NCBI GenBank assembly: GCA_963807605.1
Contig: CAWECG010000001.1
Location: forward strand, 154,620-218,619
Reading direction: 5' to 3'
Length of the DNA stretch: 64,000 nt
From: Candidatus Bathyarchaeota archaeon
GTDB lineage: Archaea > Thermoproteota > Bathyarchaeia > 40CM-2-53-6 > RBG-13-38-9
The notes below the pieces were generated by a model. It was not told the origin of the DNA. It saw only the letters and a list, made by a program, of their open reading frames with translations, and ran no database searches. Within the stretch, counting starts at the first letter, position 1, and the number at the start of each line of letters is the position of its first letter. Positions 40,552 to 50,511 of this stretch are shown piece by piece. A program made the translations under genes and the position numbers.

Positions 40552-40878
40552 ATGGGGAAGGAACGTCGAAGATATCTGCTCGTGAGAGTGCTGAGCAACG
40601 AGAAAGTCTCTGAGAAGGACCTCACGTCAGCCCTTACCATGGTGGCCCAGAATCTCTTTGGCTCGGTCGGCCTTTTGCAGATATCACCGAGGATTGTCAA
40701 ATATGACTCCCTTCGTAGCGAGGCCATTCTAAGATGTAGAGCAGAATCGGTGGAAAGGCTCAGGTCAGTTGTTGCGATGTTGACTCAGGTTGCCGGTCAC
40801 CAGGCTGCTGCTTTTGTCATCCATTCGTCAGGAACTATTCGCGCTCTCCGAAGACTGCACGCCGCTGAAGATCTGTAG
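40552..40878 (+). CDS. rnp2: RNase P protein component 2 (Pop5)
   Basis: 108 aa. RRRYLLVRV start and RRM-like Pop5 pattern. Confidence 0.7.
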   Translation: MGKERRRYLLVRVLSNEKVSEKDLTSALTMVAQNLFGSVGLLQISPRIVKYDSLRSEAILRCRAESVERLRSVVAMLTQVAGHQAAAFVIHSSGTIRALRRLHAAEDL

Positions 40879-40923
40879 AACTATATTTGAGCAGTTTAGT
40901 GGAGATGTGCTCCAACTCTCTGC

Positions 40924-41496
40924 CTATTCCCACCGGACGACAGGTTTCCTGACAACGCCGTAAATCAGGCTGATGACTCCTAAGACTGCAATTGGATATC
41001 CTATTTGAGTGAGAATTCTCTCCTGTCGGGCCTCTGGAACCATACTCTCGGAGGTGTATCTTGCTGATATCGTGACTTCCTTCTTGTATGTTGGATCAAG
41101 ACTGTTGTCGAACAGAATGTAGAATGTTCCGTTCTCAAGTGAAATGAATGTCTCGTTGAATTCGTCGACCTTTTGACGTTGCAAGACATAACTGACGTTC
41201 TTTTGTCCATTCTTCCAACTCTGGTACGTTTTGTCATTCATGACGTAGAGGTCTATTTGGCCACTCTTGTTGGAATCCGGAACCTGTACTTTACCGTCAA
41301 GGTTTACAATCCAGTTTTGCTGGAGGTAAACATCCTTCACTGCGAAGTCTCCAATAGGAGATAGCTTCACCTTATCAAAGAGAAGGTGATTCTCGATCTT
41401 AGGTACATCTACTACGTAGGAGTAAGCTCCGAAGTTAATCATCAACAAGCCTACAGCCAGCAACGCGATTCCCGCAAAAGTTGGCGCAGCTCTCAT
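40924..41496 (-). CDS. hypothetical exported protein with N-terminal signal/TM anchor and C-terminal TM anchor
   Basis: 190 aa on the strand opposite the superoperon. N- and C-terminal hydrophobic segments flank an N/K/Y-rich extracellular domain. Confidence 0.4.
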   Translation of the reverse strand: MRAAPTFAGIALLAVGLLMINFGAYSYVVDVPKIENHLLFDKVKLSPIGDFAVKDVYLQQNWIVNLDGKVQVPDSNKSGQIDLYVMNDKTYQSWKNGQKNVSYVLQRQKVDEFNETFISLENGTFYILFDNSLDPTYKKEVTISARYTSESMVPEARQERILTQIGYPIAVLGVISLIYGVVRKPVVRWE

Positions 41497-41970
41497 TCAA
41501 ATGTTCACCATTCCAGCTTACGCTTCCAATCTGAAAGTTGCAGGCGAGGAAAATCACAATTCATTTTGCATGCCTCATGGCGTCCTCGTTAAGATTCATC
41601 TCTCAGCAAGTCTGGGGTCATCATGGTTTGTCTTCTTGTTGTGACATCTAATTTGCGTTCTTGCTGCATTTAACATCTCCCCTGAGCGAAACAACCAAAT
41701 GTGTGCCTAGGTTCATTATCGGAAGGAAACACCACCCGTGTGTTTGAAGATAGATTGGCCAGTCAGAAAAATCGATAAGCTACGAGCTTAGACATGGCAA
41801 TGGATTCGTCGAAAAGGATCCCTCATGATCATCGACAAGCAATACTTGGTAGAAAGATCTCTGGAGCCAGTTTAGTGTTACCGACTCAAGCTCAAGGTCG
41901 GCGATATTCCTTTTTACAAAAGGTTTTTACTGGGGCATAATGTATTTCGATAGAAAGATTTCTTGACTAG

Positions 41971-42726
41971 GTGAACAGTTTGTCGATGTTTGCAGCCCCA
42001 GGAGCGTACGATCGTGCGATAACAGTCTTCTCGCCAGACGGTAGACTTTTCCAAGTTGAGTACGCGTCGGAGACAGTGAAGAGGGGCGCGACGGTTCTTG
42101 GAATAGCTTGCAAAGAAGGTGTGGTCTTGGCAGCTGAAGAAAGAGCCGCGTCCAGACTGCAAGATCTCTCCTTCATGTGGAAAATCTTCCAGATCGATGA
42201 ACATATTGGCGTGGCAGTCGCCGGTCTCAGCTGTGACGCACACACACTCGTGGACCAAGCGAGAGTTTATGCTCAAAGCAACAGACTCATGTACGATGAA
42301 CCCATCGACGTTGAGATGCTGACTCGAAGAATCGGAGAGATAGAGCAACTCTATACTCAACATGGCGGAGTACGACCATTCGGTCTGTCGATGATTTTTG
42401 CAGGCGTCGACAGGAAAGGTAGCAGAGTCTTCTGGACGGACCCAAGCGGAGCATACCTGGCCTACAAAGCATGGTCAATAGGCGCTGGAGGCGATGTTGC
42501 GAACGAAGTTCTTGAGGCAGATTACAGTGACGACCTTACACTCGAAGATTCAATCATCCTAGCGCTCAAGTGCATGGCAAAAGTGCTAGAGGGAAAGGCG
42601 GTTCCACAAAAGGTGAGGATGGCAGTAATACCGGCGGACACTAAGAAGTTCAGAAAACTCTCGATCGATGAGATTGACAAATATCTCAAGAAACTCGAGC
42701 CAACGAGAAAGGCTCCTCAGAAATGA
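41971..42726 (+). CDS. psmA: proteasome subunit alpha
   Basis: [22 protein letters not shown] is the alpha-subunit signature. The real start is probably ATG 41986. Confidence 0.9.
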   Translation: MNSLSMFAAPGAYDRAITVFSPDGRLFQVEYASETVKRGATVLGIACKEGVVLAAEERAASRLQDLSFMWKIFQIDEHIGVAVAGLSCDAHTLVDQARVYAQSNRLMYDEPIDVEMLTRRIGEIEQLYTQHGGVRPFGLSMIFAGVDRKGSRVFWTDPSGAYLAYKAWSIGAGGDVANEVLEADYSDDLTLEDSIILALKCMAKVLEGKAVPQKVRMAVIPADTKKFRKLSIDEIDKYLKKLEPTRKAPQK

Positions 42727-43412
42727 GTAGCAAGTATACAACTGCAAGAGTAGCTGTCGAAGGCGAACATTTTGAGATACTTGTAAAACCAGATCTTGCC
42801 CTTGACTTCAAGATGGGTAAGGCTGTTCCTGTCACACAGATAATTGCAATAGAGGAAATATTTTCAGATGCGAGCAAGGGGACCAGAGCCTCTGCTGAGA
42901 AGCTCCAGAAGACTTTCGGGACTACAGAGCCGGTCAAGATAGCCGAAGAGATCATGAGGCGTGGAGAGCTACAGTTAACAACAGAACAGAGACGACAACT
43001 GGTAGAAGACAAGAAGAAGAGCATAATTGGGTTTATCTCGAAGAATTGTATCGACCCTCGAACAGGAGCACCTCACCCGCCTTTAAGGATCGAGCAAGCT
43101 CTCTCACAGATCAGAGTTTCAATCGATCCCTTCAAGAGTCCAGAGGAACAATCAAAGGAAATTATCGATAAGCTGAGGCCGCTCTTGCCGATCAAGATGG
43201 AGCAGATGCAGCTCACAGTCAACATACGGGCAGAATTCGCCGCAAGGGCTTATGGCGCATTAAAGAGCTTCGGAGTGATACGCAGAGAGGAGTGGCAGTC
43301 GAACGGCTCCTGGGTGGGTACAATGGAGATGCCCGCTGGAGTATACGGCCCATTTATAGAGAAGCTTGGGAAACTGACACAAGGAACAATCCAGACAAAA
43401 GTGATCAGATAG
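42723..43412 (+). CDS. sdo1: ribosome maturation protein Sdo1 (SBDS family)
   Basis: 229 aa with the SBDS N-domain ([15 protein letters not shown]) and its usual position after psmA. Confidence 0.85.
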   Translation: MSSKYTTARVAVEGEHFEILVKPDLALDFKMGKAVPVTQIIAIEEIFSDASKGTRASAEKLQKTFGTTEPVKIAEEIMRRGELQLTTEQRRQLVEDKKKSIIGFISKNCIDPRTGAPHPPLRIEQALSQIRVSIDPFKSPEEQSKEIIDKLRPLLPIKMEQMQLTVNIRAEFAARAYGALKSFGVIRREEWQSNGSWVGTMEMPAGVYGPFIEKLGKLTQGTIQTKVIR

Positions 43413-43424
43413 AGATTCAGCTCG

Positions 43425-43583
43425 TTAATCTGTATCTTCTTTAAGCATCTTCTCTAGCCTTGCGACATCGTTCCTGAGTCTTTCAAGCTCCTTCAATATG
43501 TTCTCCACGACTTCCACCAAGTTCTTCTCCTTACCCTTCTCCAAGTCTGATCGACCGATCCGAGTCTTCTCTACATCACACAT
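43425..43583 (-). CDS. possible small coiled-coil protein (52 aa), antisense between sdo1 and rrp4
   Basis: Minus-strand ATG rather than an alternative start. It encodes MCDVEKTRIGRSDLEKGKEKNLVEVVENILKELERLRNDVARLEKMLKEDTD*. Below the ORF-track length cutoff. No homology recognised. Confidence 0.2.
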   Translation of the reverse strand: MCDVEKTRIGRSDLEKGKEKNLVEVVENILKELERLRNDVARLEKMLKEDTD

Positions 43584-43962
43584 ATATTATTGAGGTTCAC
43601 ATGTCAAATATCTTGCTCCATAGACAATCTGCGCGCAGTCATTTGTGATCTCGCAAATGGAAGCTCAGCATGGGATTCGGCTGAACTCAAAAGATGGTCA
43701 AGAATGGCGCGACAAGAAACGAATAAAGCGATGCTTAACCTTCAAGATCGAGGCAAATCACAGAAAGACTTAGTAAGGTCAGTCAATGAACTAACGTGAA
43801 CTTACTCAAAAGCAGAAGTGTGAAATGGCTTCACAGCAGGAGGACCACATTCCAACCTAGTCCAATAAGATTGGACAAGAGAACAGGTGAGTCCCCCCTT
43901 GGCATGCTTTGAATAGTCGATGATAAAGTAATAAAATTAGAAGGTCTTAAAGAGACACGGGA

Positions 43963-44685
43963 GTGTCAACCTTGACGATGTATGTTGAAAAGAGGCAGGT
44001 CGTTACACCCGGCGAGTTGCTTGCTCAGGGCGACTACTATCCAGATCTTAACACGTTCAGAAATGGCGAACTCATCTACTCAACGGTGATGGGAATCTTC
44101 GACTTCAGAGGCAGTCGCCTCTCAGTCGTCCCGCTTAAGCACTGCTACATCCCATTCGTCGGTGATCTCGTTATAGGAAAGATAGTAGACATCGGCATGT
44201 CTGGTTGGTCTGTCGACATAAATTCGCCTTACCCGGCGCTTCTGCCGGCAACGGAGACTGCGAGCAGAGAACGCGGGCCGAGGAGGGAGAGTCAAGGACT
44301 ATTCGTCATCGGAGACCTTGTAAAAGCAAAGGTACTCGCATTCGACAGAACTAGAGATCCGCTACTTACCTTACGGGATCGAGGACTTGGGAAAGTGACC
44401 CAAGGAAGAATGATAAAAATCTCACCATCTACGATCCCGCGTCTAATAGGTAAGGAAGGCTCGATGATTAACATGCTGAAGAAAGAGACCGCATGCTCCA
44501 TAGCAGTGGGTCATAACGGAATTGTGCTCATCTCATGTGAATCTCCAGAAAACGAGGAAGTTGCAGTCAAAATCATCAGAATGATCGAACGTGAAGCTCA
44601 CACACAAGGGTTGACAGATAGAGTATTCGAACTAATCAAAAAAGAGCTTAAAGGTGAAAAAGTTGTCAAAAGAGAAGATACCTGA
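43963..44685 (+). CDS. rrp4: exosome complex RNA-binding protein Rrp4 (S1 + KH domains)
   Basis: S1 domain ([11 protein letters not shown]) and KH domain ([11 protein letters not shown]). The real start is probably ATG 43978. Confidence 0.9.
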   Translation: MSTLTMYVEKRQVVTPGELLAQGDYYPDLNTFRNGELIYSTVMGIFDFRGSRLSVVPLKHCYIPFVGDLVIGKIVDIGMSGWSVDINSPYPALLPATETASRERGPRRESQGLFVIGDLVKAKVLAFDRTRDPLLTLRDRGLGKVTQGRMIKISPSTIPRLIGKEGSMINMLKKETACSIAVGHNGIVLISCESPENEEVAVKIIRMIEREAHTQGLTDRVFELIKKELKGEKVVKREDT

Positions 44686-45430
44686 AAGACTAATCAACGA
44701 TAATGGTATCAGGCTTGATGGAAGGAGACCTGAAGAGCTTAGGCCGACCAAACTCCAAGTGGGAATACTTGAGAATGCGGACGGATCAGCCTACATTGAA
44801 CAAGGGAAGAACAAGATCATGGTCGGAGTCTACGGGCCTCGAGAAATTCATCCCAAACACCTGGTTCTGGCGGACCGAGCTGCCATCAGATGCAGATATC
44901 GCATGGCACCATTCTCAACCGATGAGAGAAAGAGCCCTGCCCCATCAAGACGAGAGATTGAGATCTCCAAGGTAATCAGAGAGGCCTTGGAACCATCAGT
45001 GATGTCCGAATACTACCCCCGAACAGTCATCGACGTATTCATAGAAGCACTTCAATGCGACGGCGGGACAAGGTGCGCTGGAATAGTAGCAGCATCCCTA
45101 GCCCTAGCCGACGCTGGCATCTCTATGAAAGAGCTCGTCTCAGCCTGCTCAGCAGGCAAAATCGACGGACAGATCGTCCTCGACCTCTTCGACACCGAAG
45201 ATAAGTATGGCCAAGCAGACCTGCCAGTCGCGATGATGCCAAACCTCAACGCGGTAACCTTGATACAGATGGACGGCAACCTCAGCAGGCAAGAGTTCGA
45301 GAAAGCCTTAGAGATGGCGATGGAAGGGTGCAGACAGATAAGAAACCTCCAAGCCGAGGCGCTCAAGAAGAGATACCGAACCATGCTTGAGGTAGAAAAA
45401 CCCCAAGAGGTAAGCGAGGGAGCTAAATAA
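44654..45430 (+). CDS. rrp41: exosome complex exonuclease Rrp41 (RNase PH family, catalytic)
   Basis: RNase PH domain with the phosphate-binding DGRR...R motif. 258 aa. Confidence 0.9.
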   Translation: MKKLSKEKIPERLINDNGIRLDGRRPEELRPTKLQVGILENADGSAYIEQGKNKIMVGVYGPREIHPKHLVLADRAAIRCRYRMAPFSTDERKSPAPSRREIEISKVIREALEPSVMSEYYPRTVIDVFIEALQCDGGTRCAGIVAASLALADAGISMKELVSACSAGKIDGQIVLDLFDTEDKYGQADLPVAMMPNLNAVTLIQMDGNLSRQEFEKALEMAMEGCRQIRNLQAEALKKRYRTMLEVEKPQEVSEGAK

Positions 45431-46245
45431 TGTCAACAACCCCTCAAGGCCCATTCGCGGCGAAGCTTGAACGAAACTCGATACTTGAGCTTGCATCAAG
45501 GAATCGCCGGCTCGACGGCAGAGGCTTGACGGACTATAGAGAGATGAAGATCGAGACAGGCGTGGTAGAGAAGGCAAGCGGATCAGCACAGGTCACGCTT
45601 GGCAAGACAAAGATTCTCGCCGGAATAAAACTAGAAGCTGGAACACCCTTCCCAGACACGCCGAATGAAGGAGTACTCACAGTAAATGCCGAGCTTACGC
45701 CCCTAGCCTTCCCAACCTTCGAGCTCGGTCCTCCTGGGGAAAATGCAATCGAGCTTGCAAGGGTCGTCGACAGAAACCTCAGAGAATCCAAGACCATAGA
45801 CGTTGCAAAGCTATGCATAGAACCGGGCAAGCAAGTCTTCGTAGCGTTTGTGGATATTGACGTGCTCGACCACGACGGAAACCTCATCGACGCGTCAACA
45901 TATGCCGCGCTTGCAGCCCTCATGACAAGTAAAATGCACAAATACGAGGTCAAGGATGGAAAGATCGTTTACCAAGAAGGCTTCCAGCCTCTTCCATTGA
46001 ACAACTATCCCGTACCAGTAACCTTTGCAAAGATCGGAAAGACCTTGATGGTAGATCCCTGCCTGGCAGAAGAAGATGCTATGAGCACCAGACTAACGGT
46101 GGGAATCGAAAAGGATGATGCCGTATGCGCGATGCAAAAGGGGGGGATGGGTGAGCTGGACTCCAACGAAGTTAAAGCCGCGGTAGACTTGGCGATTAAC
46201 AAATCAAGAATTATTCGAACACTCATCATGGAGACTGCGAAGTAG
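45430..46245 (+). CDS. rrp42: exosome complex subunit Rrp42 (RNase PH-like, non-catalytic)
   Basis: 271 aa RNase PH-like. The ATGA start overlaps the rrp41 stop. Confidence 0.9.
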   Translation: MSTTPQGPFAAKLERNSILELASRNRRLDGRGLTDYREMKIETGVVEKASGSAQVTLGKTKILAGIKLEAGTPFPDTPNEGVLTVNAELTPLAFPTFELGPPGENAIELARVVDRNLRESKTIDVAKLCIEPGKQVFVAFVDIDVLDHDGNLIDASTYAALAALMTSKMHKYEVKDGKIVYQEGFQPLPLNNYPVPVTFAKIGKTLMVDPCLAEEDAMSTRLTVGIEKDDAVCAMQKGGMGELDSNEVKAAVDLAINKSRIIRTLIMETAK

Positions 46246-46246
46246 A

Positions 46247-46639
46247 ATGCCAAGGATGAGTAAGACTCGGCTTGGAGGAGGTCTCGCCACACGATACGGA
46301 ACTGCGCCCAGAAGACGGTACATCGACGTTCTTACCAGGATGCGACGGTTCCACGAATGTCCAAGATGCCGAGTCAGGGCAGCCAAGCGAGTAAGCGTCG
46401 GACTCTGGCAATGCAGAAAGTGCGGATATCAATTCACTGGAGGCGCTTACGTTCCTTTCACAAAAACCGGAGAGACAGCCAAGAGGTCTGCCACAGCAAT
46501 CACCTACTCGCCCACCATCGCTGAGACTTCTGCCGCTTCCACTGTCCCCGGAACTCCTCTCCCTAAGTCTCGAAACTCCAAAAGAAAGCCTCGCAGAAAG
46601 AAACCCTCAGAGGAGACTTCAAAGGAAGAGACTAAGTGA
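46247..46639 (+). CDS. rpl37ae: 50S ribosomal protein L37Ae (eL43) with an unusual ~40 aa basic, Pro/Ser/Thr-rich C-terminal extension
   Basis: C4 zinc ribbon (CPRC...CRKCG) and GGAYVP motif in the first ~90 aa. The tail TAITYSPTIAETSAASTVPGTPLPKSRNSKRKPRRKKPSEETSKEETK is not part of canonical L37Ae. Confidence 0.8.
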   Translation: MPRMSKTRLGGGLATRYGTAPRRRYIDVLTRMRRFHECPRCRVRAAKRVSVGLWQCRKCGYQFTGGAYVPFTKTGETAKRSATAITYSPTIAETSAASTVPGTPLPKSRNSKRKPRRKKPSEETSKEETK

Positions 46640-47154
46640 TACTTGTAACTACTGGAAGAAATCCCACTCAGAGCACCAGAAGATTATGCAAGGAACTTAC
46701 CAGATTTATGCCCAACACGCGTAGACTGGTAAGGGGTAAGCTAGGCCTACGCCAACTTCCAGATGAACTTGCCTCGGCTGAATCTGATCGGATGATCATC
46801 GTATACAGGGGATTCGGTGGACCAAGTCAGCTGGGACTAGTCAGACTTGACGGCAGTCAGCTGAAGAAGATCCCTCCAACAATAATGTTGCAGAGTATGA
46901 AACTCGAGCCAACCAGAAAACGGCACTCAAGCAAGGTAGAATGCATAACCGCGGACTCAAAGGATGCCCTACATCTGGCTGAGGTTTTCTCAGAATTCCT
47001 AGAGCTGCCTTTGGCTGATTACAAAACCTCCGATTTCAAACACTCACTGCATATATCAAGTGATGCAAGAAGAGTTTTGACGATCGCTCCTATTCATCTG
47101 CAGACAGGGCATATGGAAGGATTCAGTCTAATCGCCAAGAAACTGCAATGGTGA
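46636..47154 (+). CDS. Brix-domain ribosome biogenesis protein (Imp4-like)
   Basis: MILVTTGRNPTQSTRRLCKEL start and Brix fold pattern. 172 aa. Confidence 0.8.
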   Translation: MILVTTGRNPTQSTRRLCKELTRFMPNTRRLVRGKLGLRQLPDELASAESDRMIIVYRGFGGPSQLGLVRLDGSQLKKIPPTIMLQSMKLEPTRKRHSSKVECITADSKDALHLAEVFSEFLELPLADYKTSDFKHSLHISSDARRVLTIAPIHLQTGHMEGFSLIAKKLQW

Positions 47155-47640
47155 GGTTCCTTAGGGCACAAGCGCAAAGCTGTAGAGGCTGAAGTTGCGG
47201 TGCCATTCCGCTCACTCTCCAGTCTCAAAGCAATAAAGACAGCGATGGTAGTGGATGAGAAGAATTGGCCAACACAAAAAGCAGCTACAAGAATCATGAC
47301 CCGGAAGAAGACATTAACACTTAATGTCCAAACAGACAATATCTCTTTCTTAAGGGCCGTACTCAACACCAATCTCAGACTGTTGCTAACTTGGAGAAGA
47401 ATTGTCGACGCTCTTGGATAAGATTTCGAGAACCACGATTTCTTGAACAAGTAAGATCATCTTTGTAGAAAATCATCGATAGTTGTAGTAAGATCTTGAC
47501 GTCTTCACCTAAGTCGTAACTTTGTTATACTGGCAAAGAGATCATAGCATTTCACAAGTGGGAAGTAGATGCTTGATTTCAATAAGCCCAAGTCGTGTTA
47601 AGTCCCTCCAGAGAATCTAGGTCTCTGATGCCATCTGCTT

Positions 47641-47654
47641 CCATTTGCAAATGG
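47641..47654. repeat. perfect 14-nt palindrome CCATTTGCAAATGG in the Brix-pfdB intergenic gap
   Basis: It is self-complementary. Related TTTGC/GCAAA palindromes occur at 39139-39148, 43624-43643, 48562-48576 and 56073-56091. Confidence 0.5.
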
Positions 47655-47988
47655 TATAGTTGTAACCGTCTTACACGTAGCGGAATAGTTCAGGGTTAGA
47701 TCACAAAACTCACATGACATTGCCTTTGTTTTCGTCTCAACGAACGTTCTATATATGACATACACACTCCAATTAGATTTGTCCTCTCAAACAGGACTCG
47801 CAGTCAGACCGGAGGTGACTGTTTTGCCTAAGGCCAAGAAGAAGGCTAAGAAGAAAAAGTAAGTTAGACTGGCCAGCCTCTCACAACGCGCTCAAACTCA
47901 CTCGAGTAGTGTTTGAGAGTCAGTTAGCTTCATATCCAAGTAACTCATCAGCATAGAAGCCATTACTGCAGACAAGGATGTCGAACAA

Positions 47989-48354
47989 TTGGAAGAGGAA
48001 AGAGAGATACCCCCAGAGCTTAAAGAACAGCTTGTAAGGCTTCAACAACTACAACAAACTCTTCAGGCCGTCGTAACTCAAAAACAGCAACTTGAGCTTG
48101 AGAGGACCGAGAATGAGAAAGCTATGTCGGAGCTTGAGAAGGTAACGGATGATACGCCTGTCTACAAGAGTCTGGGTACCATATTGGTGAAATCTGATCG
48201 GCAAAAGCTGTTGGGTGAACTTAAGGAGAGAAACGAACTAACAGATACTCGGATCACAGTTCTCGGGAAACAGGAAGAGCGAACGAGAACTCGGCTCAAA
48301 GAGCTTCAACAGAAGCTTCAGGAGAGGCTGGGTCCCCCATCGGAGCCTAAGTAA
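47989..48354 (+). CDS. pfdB: prefoldin subunit beta
   Basis: IPPELKEQLVRLQQLQQTLQAVVTQKQQLE coiled-coil with a beta-hairpin region. TTG start. 121 aa. Confidence 0.85.
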   Translation: MEEEREIPPELKEQLVRLQQLQQTLQAVVTQKQQLELERTENEKAMSELEKVTDDTPVYKSLGTILVKSDRQKLLGELKERNELTDTRITVLGKQEERTRTRLKELQQKLQERLGPPSEPK

Positions 48355-48590
48355 AGCTATTCCATTATTTTTCAAAGATCCACGACCCGCCTCGGTAACG
48401 ACTTCAGCACAACAATCTCTGACGGGATCCGACATCTTTTCATTGCGATCCGGACTGTCAAGATGAGCTATAATTTCAGATGTCAAGACTCTTGGTTAAT
48501 TCAACCCTGCGTTATCATTTTTTGAAATTATTGCACAAACCTACAATGTAGTCTCAAGGACAGTTTGCAAAACTGCTGAGGAACTGATCT

Positions 48591-49688
48591 ATGTATCAAG
48601 TTTCCGAGCTTCGATATATGGTCAAAAGGGCCAGAAAGATTACAATTCTGACGCACAGGAATGGTGATCCTGACGCTATCTGCTCTGCCTTCGCTCTCAA
48701 GAGACTGCTAAAGAGTCTGAATCCTAGACTGGAAGTTGTTGTAGGAACGCCTGAAGGAGTCAATAAACTCTCCGAAAAGATCCTCAGCCGATTTGGAGTG
48801 ACGGTCGAGTCGAATCCCCAACTTCAGGATCTCGACATAATATTCATGGTGGATACTAACAGTCTACTACAACTAGGAAAACTGGGGACTACTGTTGAGT
48901 CTCTTGGAAAACCGGTTGCAATCATCGATCATCATTATCCAAACGAATCAATCAAAAGATTCCCCCACATCGAATATTGCAACGAAAAATCGCCCTCCAC
49001 CTGCGAGATAGTCTATGAACTTTACAGACAGTCAAAAAAAGAATGTCCCCGGCAAGAAGCTTCAATGCTCCTTGTTGGAATCGTATGTGAGACTAGACAT
49101 CTCAGACTGGCGACATCTAAAACTCTTCTCGTCGTAGCTGAGCTAATTGAGCGAGGAGCCCAGATTGAAGAACTCTCCCCCCTTCTCGAGGTCCCAATGG
49201 ACGATTCGGAAAGGATGGCAAGACTCAAGGCTGCACAGAGATGCAACACGCTTCGTCTAGGAAAATGGATCGTTGTGACTTCAAAGGTTGGATCGCATCA
49301 AGCCTCCGCTGCGCGAGCTCTTATAATGCTTGGCGCCGACTTGGCTACAGTAGGAGGGGACGACAAAGACCGGCTTAAGCTGAGTCTTCGTTCAACGAAA
49401 GAATTCCACCAAGCGACTGGAATCCACCTTGGAAGGGATCTCGCTAGGCCATTAGGTGAATACTTTGACGGGAGCGGGGGCGGTCACTCTCTTGCAGCCG
49501 GAGTCAGCTGTTCGGGAAGACTAGAACCTGCTTTAGAGAAATGCGTAGATTTCATCAGGGATTTGATGAGGAACGACCAGAAACCCACACGAATCCGTTG
49601 CCATGCTGAAGAAGAGATAACACAGTCCACGGCCTCAGAAACCCGATCCCTCGAGTGCAAAAGAAATGACAATAATCAACATGCATGA
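48591..49688 (+). CDS. DHH/DHHA1-family phosphoesterase (NrnA-like nanoRNase / pAp phosphatase)
   Basis: HRNGDPDAICSA and MVDTN DHH motifs, and C-terminal GGGHSLAAG DHHA1 motif. 365 aa. Confidence 0.75.
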   Translation: MYQVSELRYMVKRARKITILTHRNGDPDAICSAFALKRLLKSLNPRLEVVVGTPEGVNKLSEKILSRFGVTVESNPQLQDLDIIFMVDTNSLLQLGKLGTTVESLGKPVAIIDHHYPNESIKRFPHIEYCNEKSPSTCEIVYELYRQSKKECPRQEASMLLVGIVCETRHLRLATSKTLLVVAELIERGAQIEELSPLLEVPMDDSERMARLKAAQRCNTLRLGKWIVVTSKVGSHQASAARALIMLGADLATVGGDDKDRLKLSLRSTKEFHQATGIHLGRDLARPLGEYFDGSGGGHSLAAGVSCSGRLEPALEKCVDFIRDLMRNDQKPTRIRCHAEEEITQSTASETRSLECKRNDNNQHA

Positions 49689-50511
49689 TCTGACTTTCAC
49701 TTATGCAGGGTCAACGAGGCCTGCAATCGAGAATGTGAACCTGTCCGTGGAAAGGGGAGAATTTGTTGTGCTCACAGGACCAAGTGGCTGTGGAAAGACC
49801 ACTCTGGCACGATGCCTGAACGCCCTCATACCAAGCTTCTACCAAGGTGAGATGTCAGGCACGACATCAGTCTTAGATATTGATATCTCGAAGTCAAGCA
49901 CAAGCGAGCTTGCAAGGAAAGTAGGGTTCGTCTTTCAAAATCCTGAAAATCAGTTATTCTCACTATCAGTTGAACGTGATGTAGCGTTCGGCCCTGAGAA
50001 TCTAGGGCTCCCGAGAGAAGAGACCCGAAGGCGGGTTGAATGGGCCATGACAGCGGCTGGCGTAGCTGAGTTCCGAGAAGCCGCTCCATACGAGCTCTCA
50101 GGAGGACAACAGCAGCGGGTAGCCATAGCAGCTGTCTTGGCAATGAAGCCTGAGATAATAGTCCTAGATGAGCCTACCTCATTCCTAGACCCGCGCTCTG
50201 CATCTCAAATACTTGAGGCTATAGCTAAGTTGAGAGATGAGGTCGGCGTAACGATAATCCTGATAGAACATAGACTCGATTTGGTCTCAAAGTACGCTAC
50301 TCGGATTCTAATAATGGATCGCGGCAGAATAATTCTTGAAGGATCGCCGTCAAGGGTCTTCAGTGAAGAAGTCGAGCTGATAGGGGTTGGGATACCCAAG
50401 GTCTCCATGCTCTTCAATCTCCTGAAGAAGGATGGTTTCAACCTGGGCGCAATTCCAGTCACCGTCGATGAGGCATCCCAAAGAATACGGAGATATCTTA
50501 CCCATGATTGA
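49666..50511 (+). CDS. ecfA1: ECF transporter ATPase component A1
   Basis: Walker A GPSGCGKTT, ABC signature LSGGQQQRVAIA and Walker B IIVLDEPT. 281 aa. Confidence 0.85.
   Translation: MTIINMHDLTFTYAGSTRPAIENVNLSVERGEFVVLTGPSGCGKTTLARCLNALIPSFYQGEMSGTTSVLDIDISKSSTSELARKVGFVFQNPENQLFSLSVERDVAFGPENLGLPREETRRRVEWAMTAAGVAEFREAAPYELSGGQQQRVAIAAVLAMKPEIIVLDEPTSFLDPRSASQILEAIAKLRDEVGVTIILIEHRLDLVSKYATRILIMDRGRIILEGSPSRVFSEEVELIGVGIPKVSMLFNLLKKDGFNLGAIPVTVDEASQRIRRYLTHD

Noticed and set aside
47681-47760. tRNA-like sequence GCGGAATAGTTCAGGGTTAGATCAC (acceptor + D-arm look-alike)
   Set aside because: No complementary 3' acceptor strand (ATTCCGC) and no T-arm (GGTTCGAATCC-like) within 120 nt. The anticodon stem is only plausible if one invokes a 10-nt intron. 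It is probably a fragment or chance resemblance. Kept as a note within the gap finding.
47976-48040. Alternative ATG start (47976) for prefoldin beta
   Set aside because: That frame (MSNNWKRKERYPQSLKNSL*) terminates after 19 codons. The in-frame TTG at 47989, giving MEEEREIPPELKEQL..., reads through the whole prefoldin domain.
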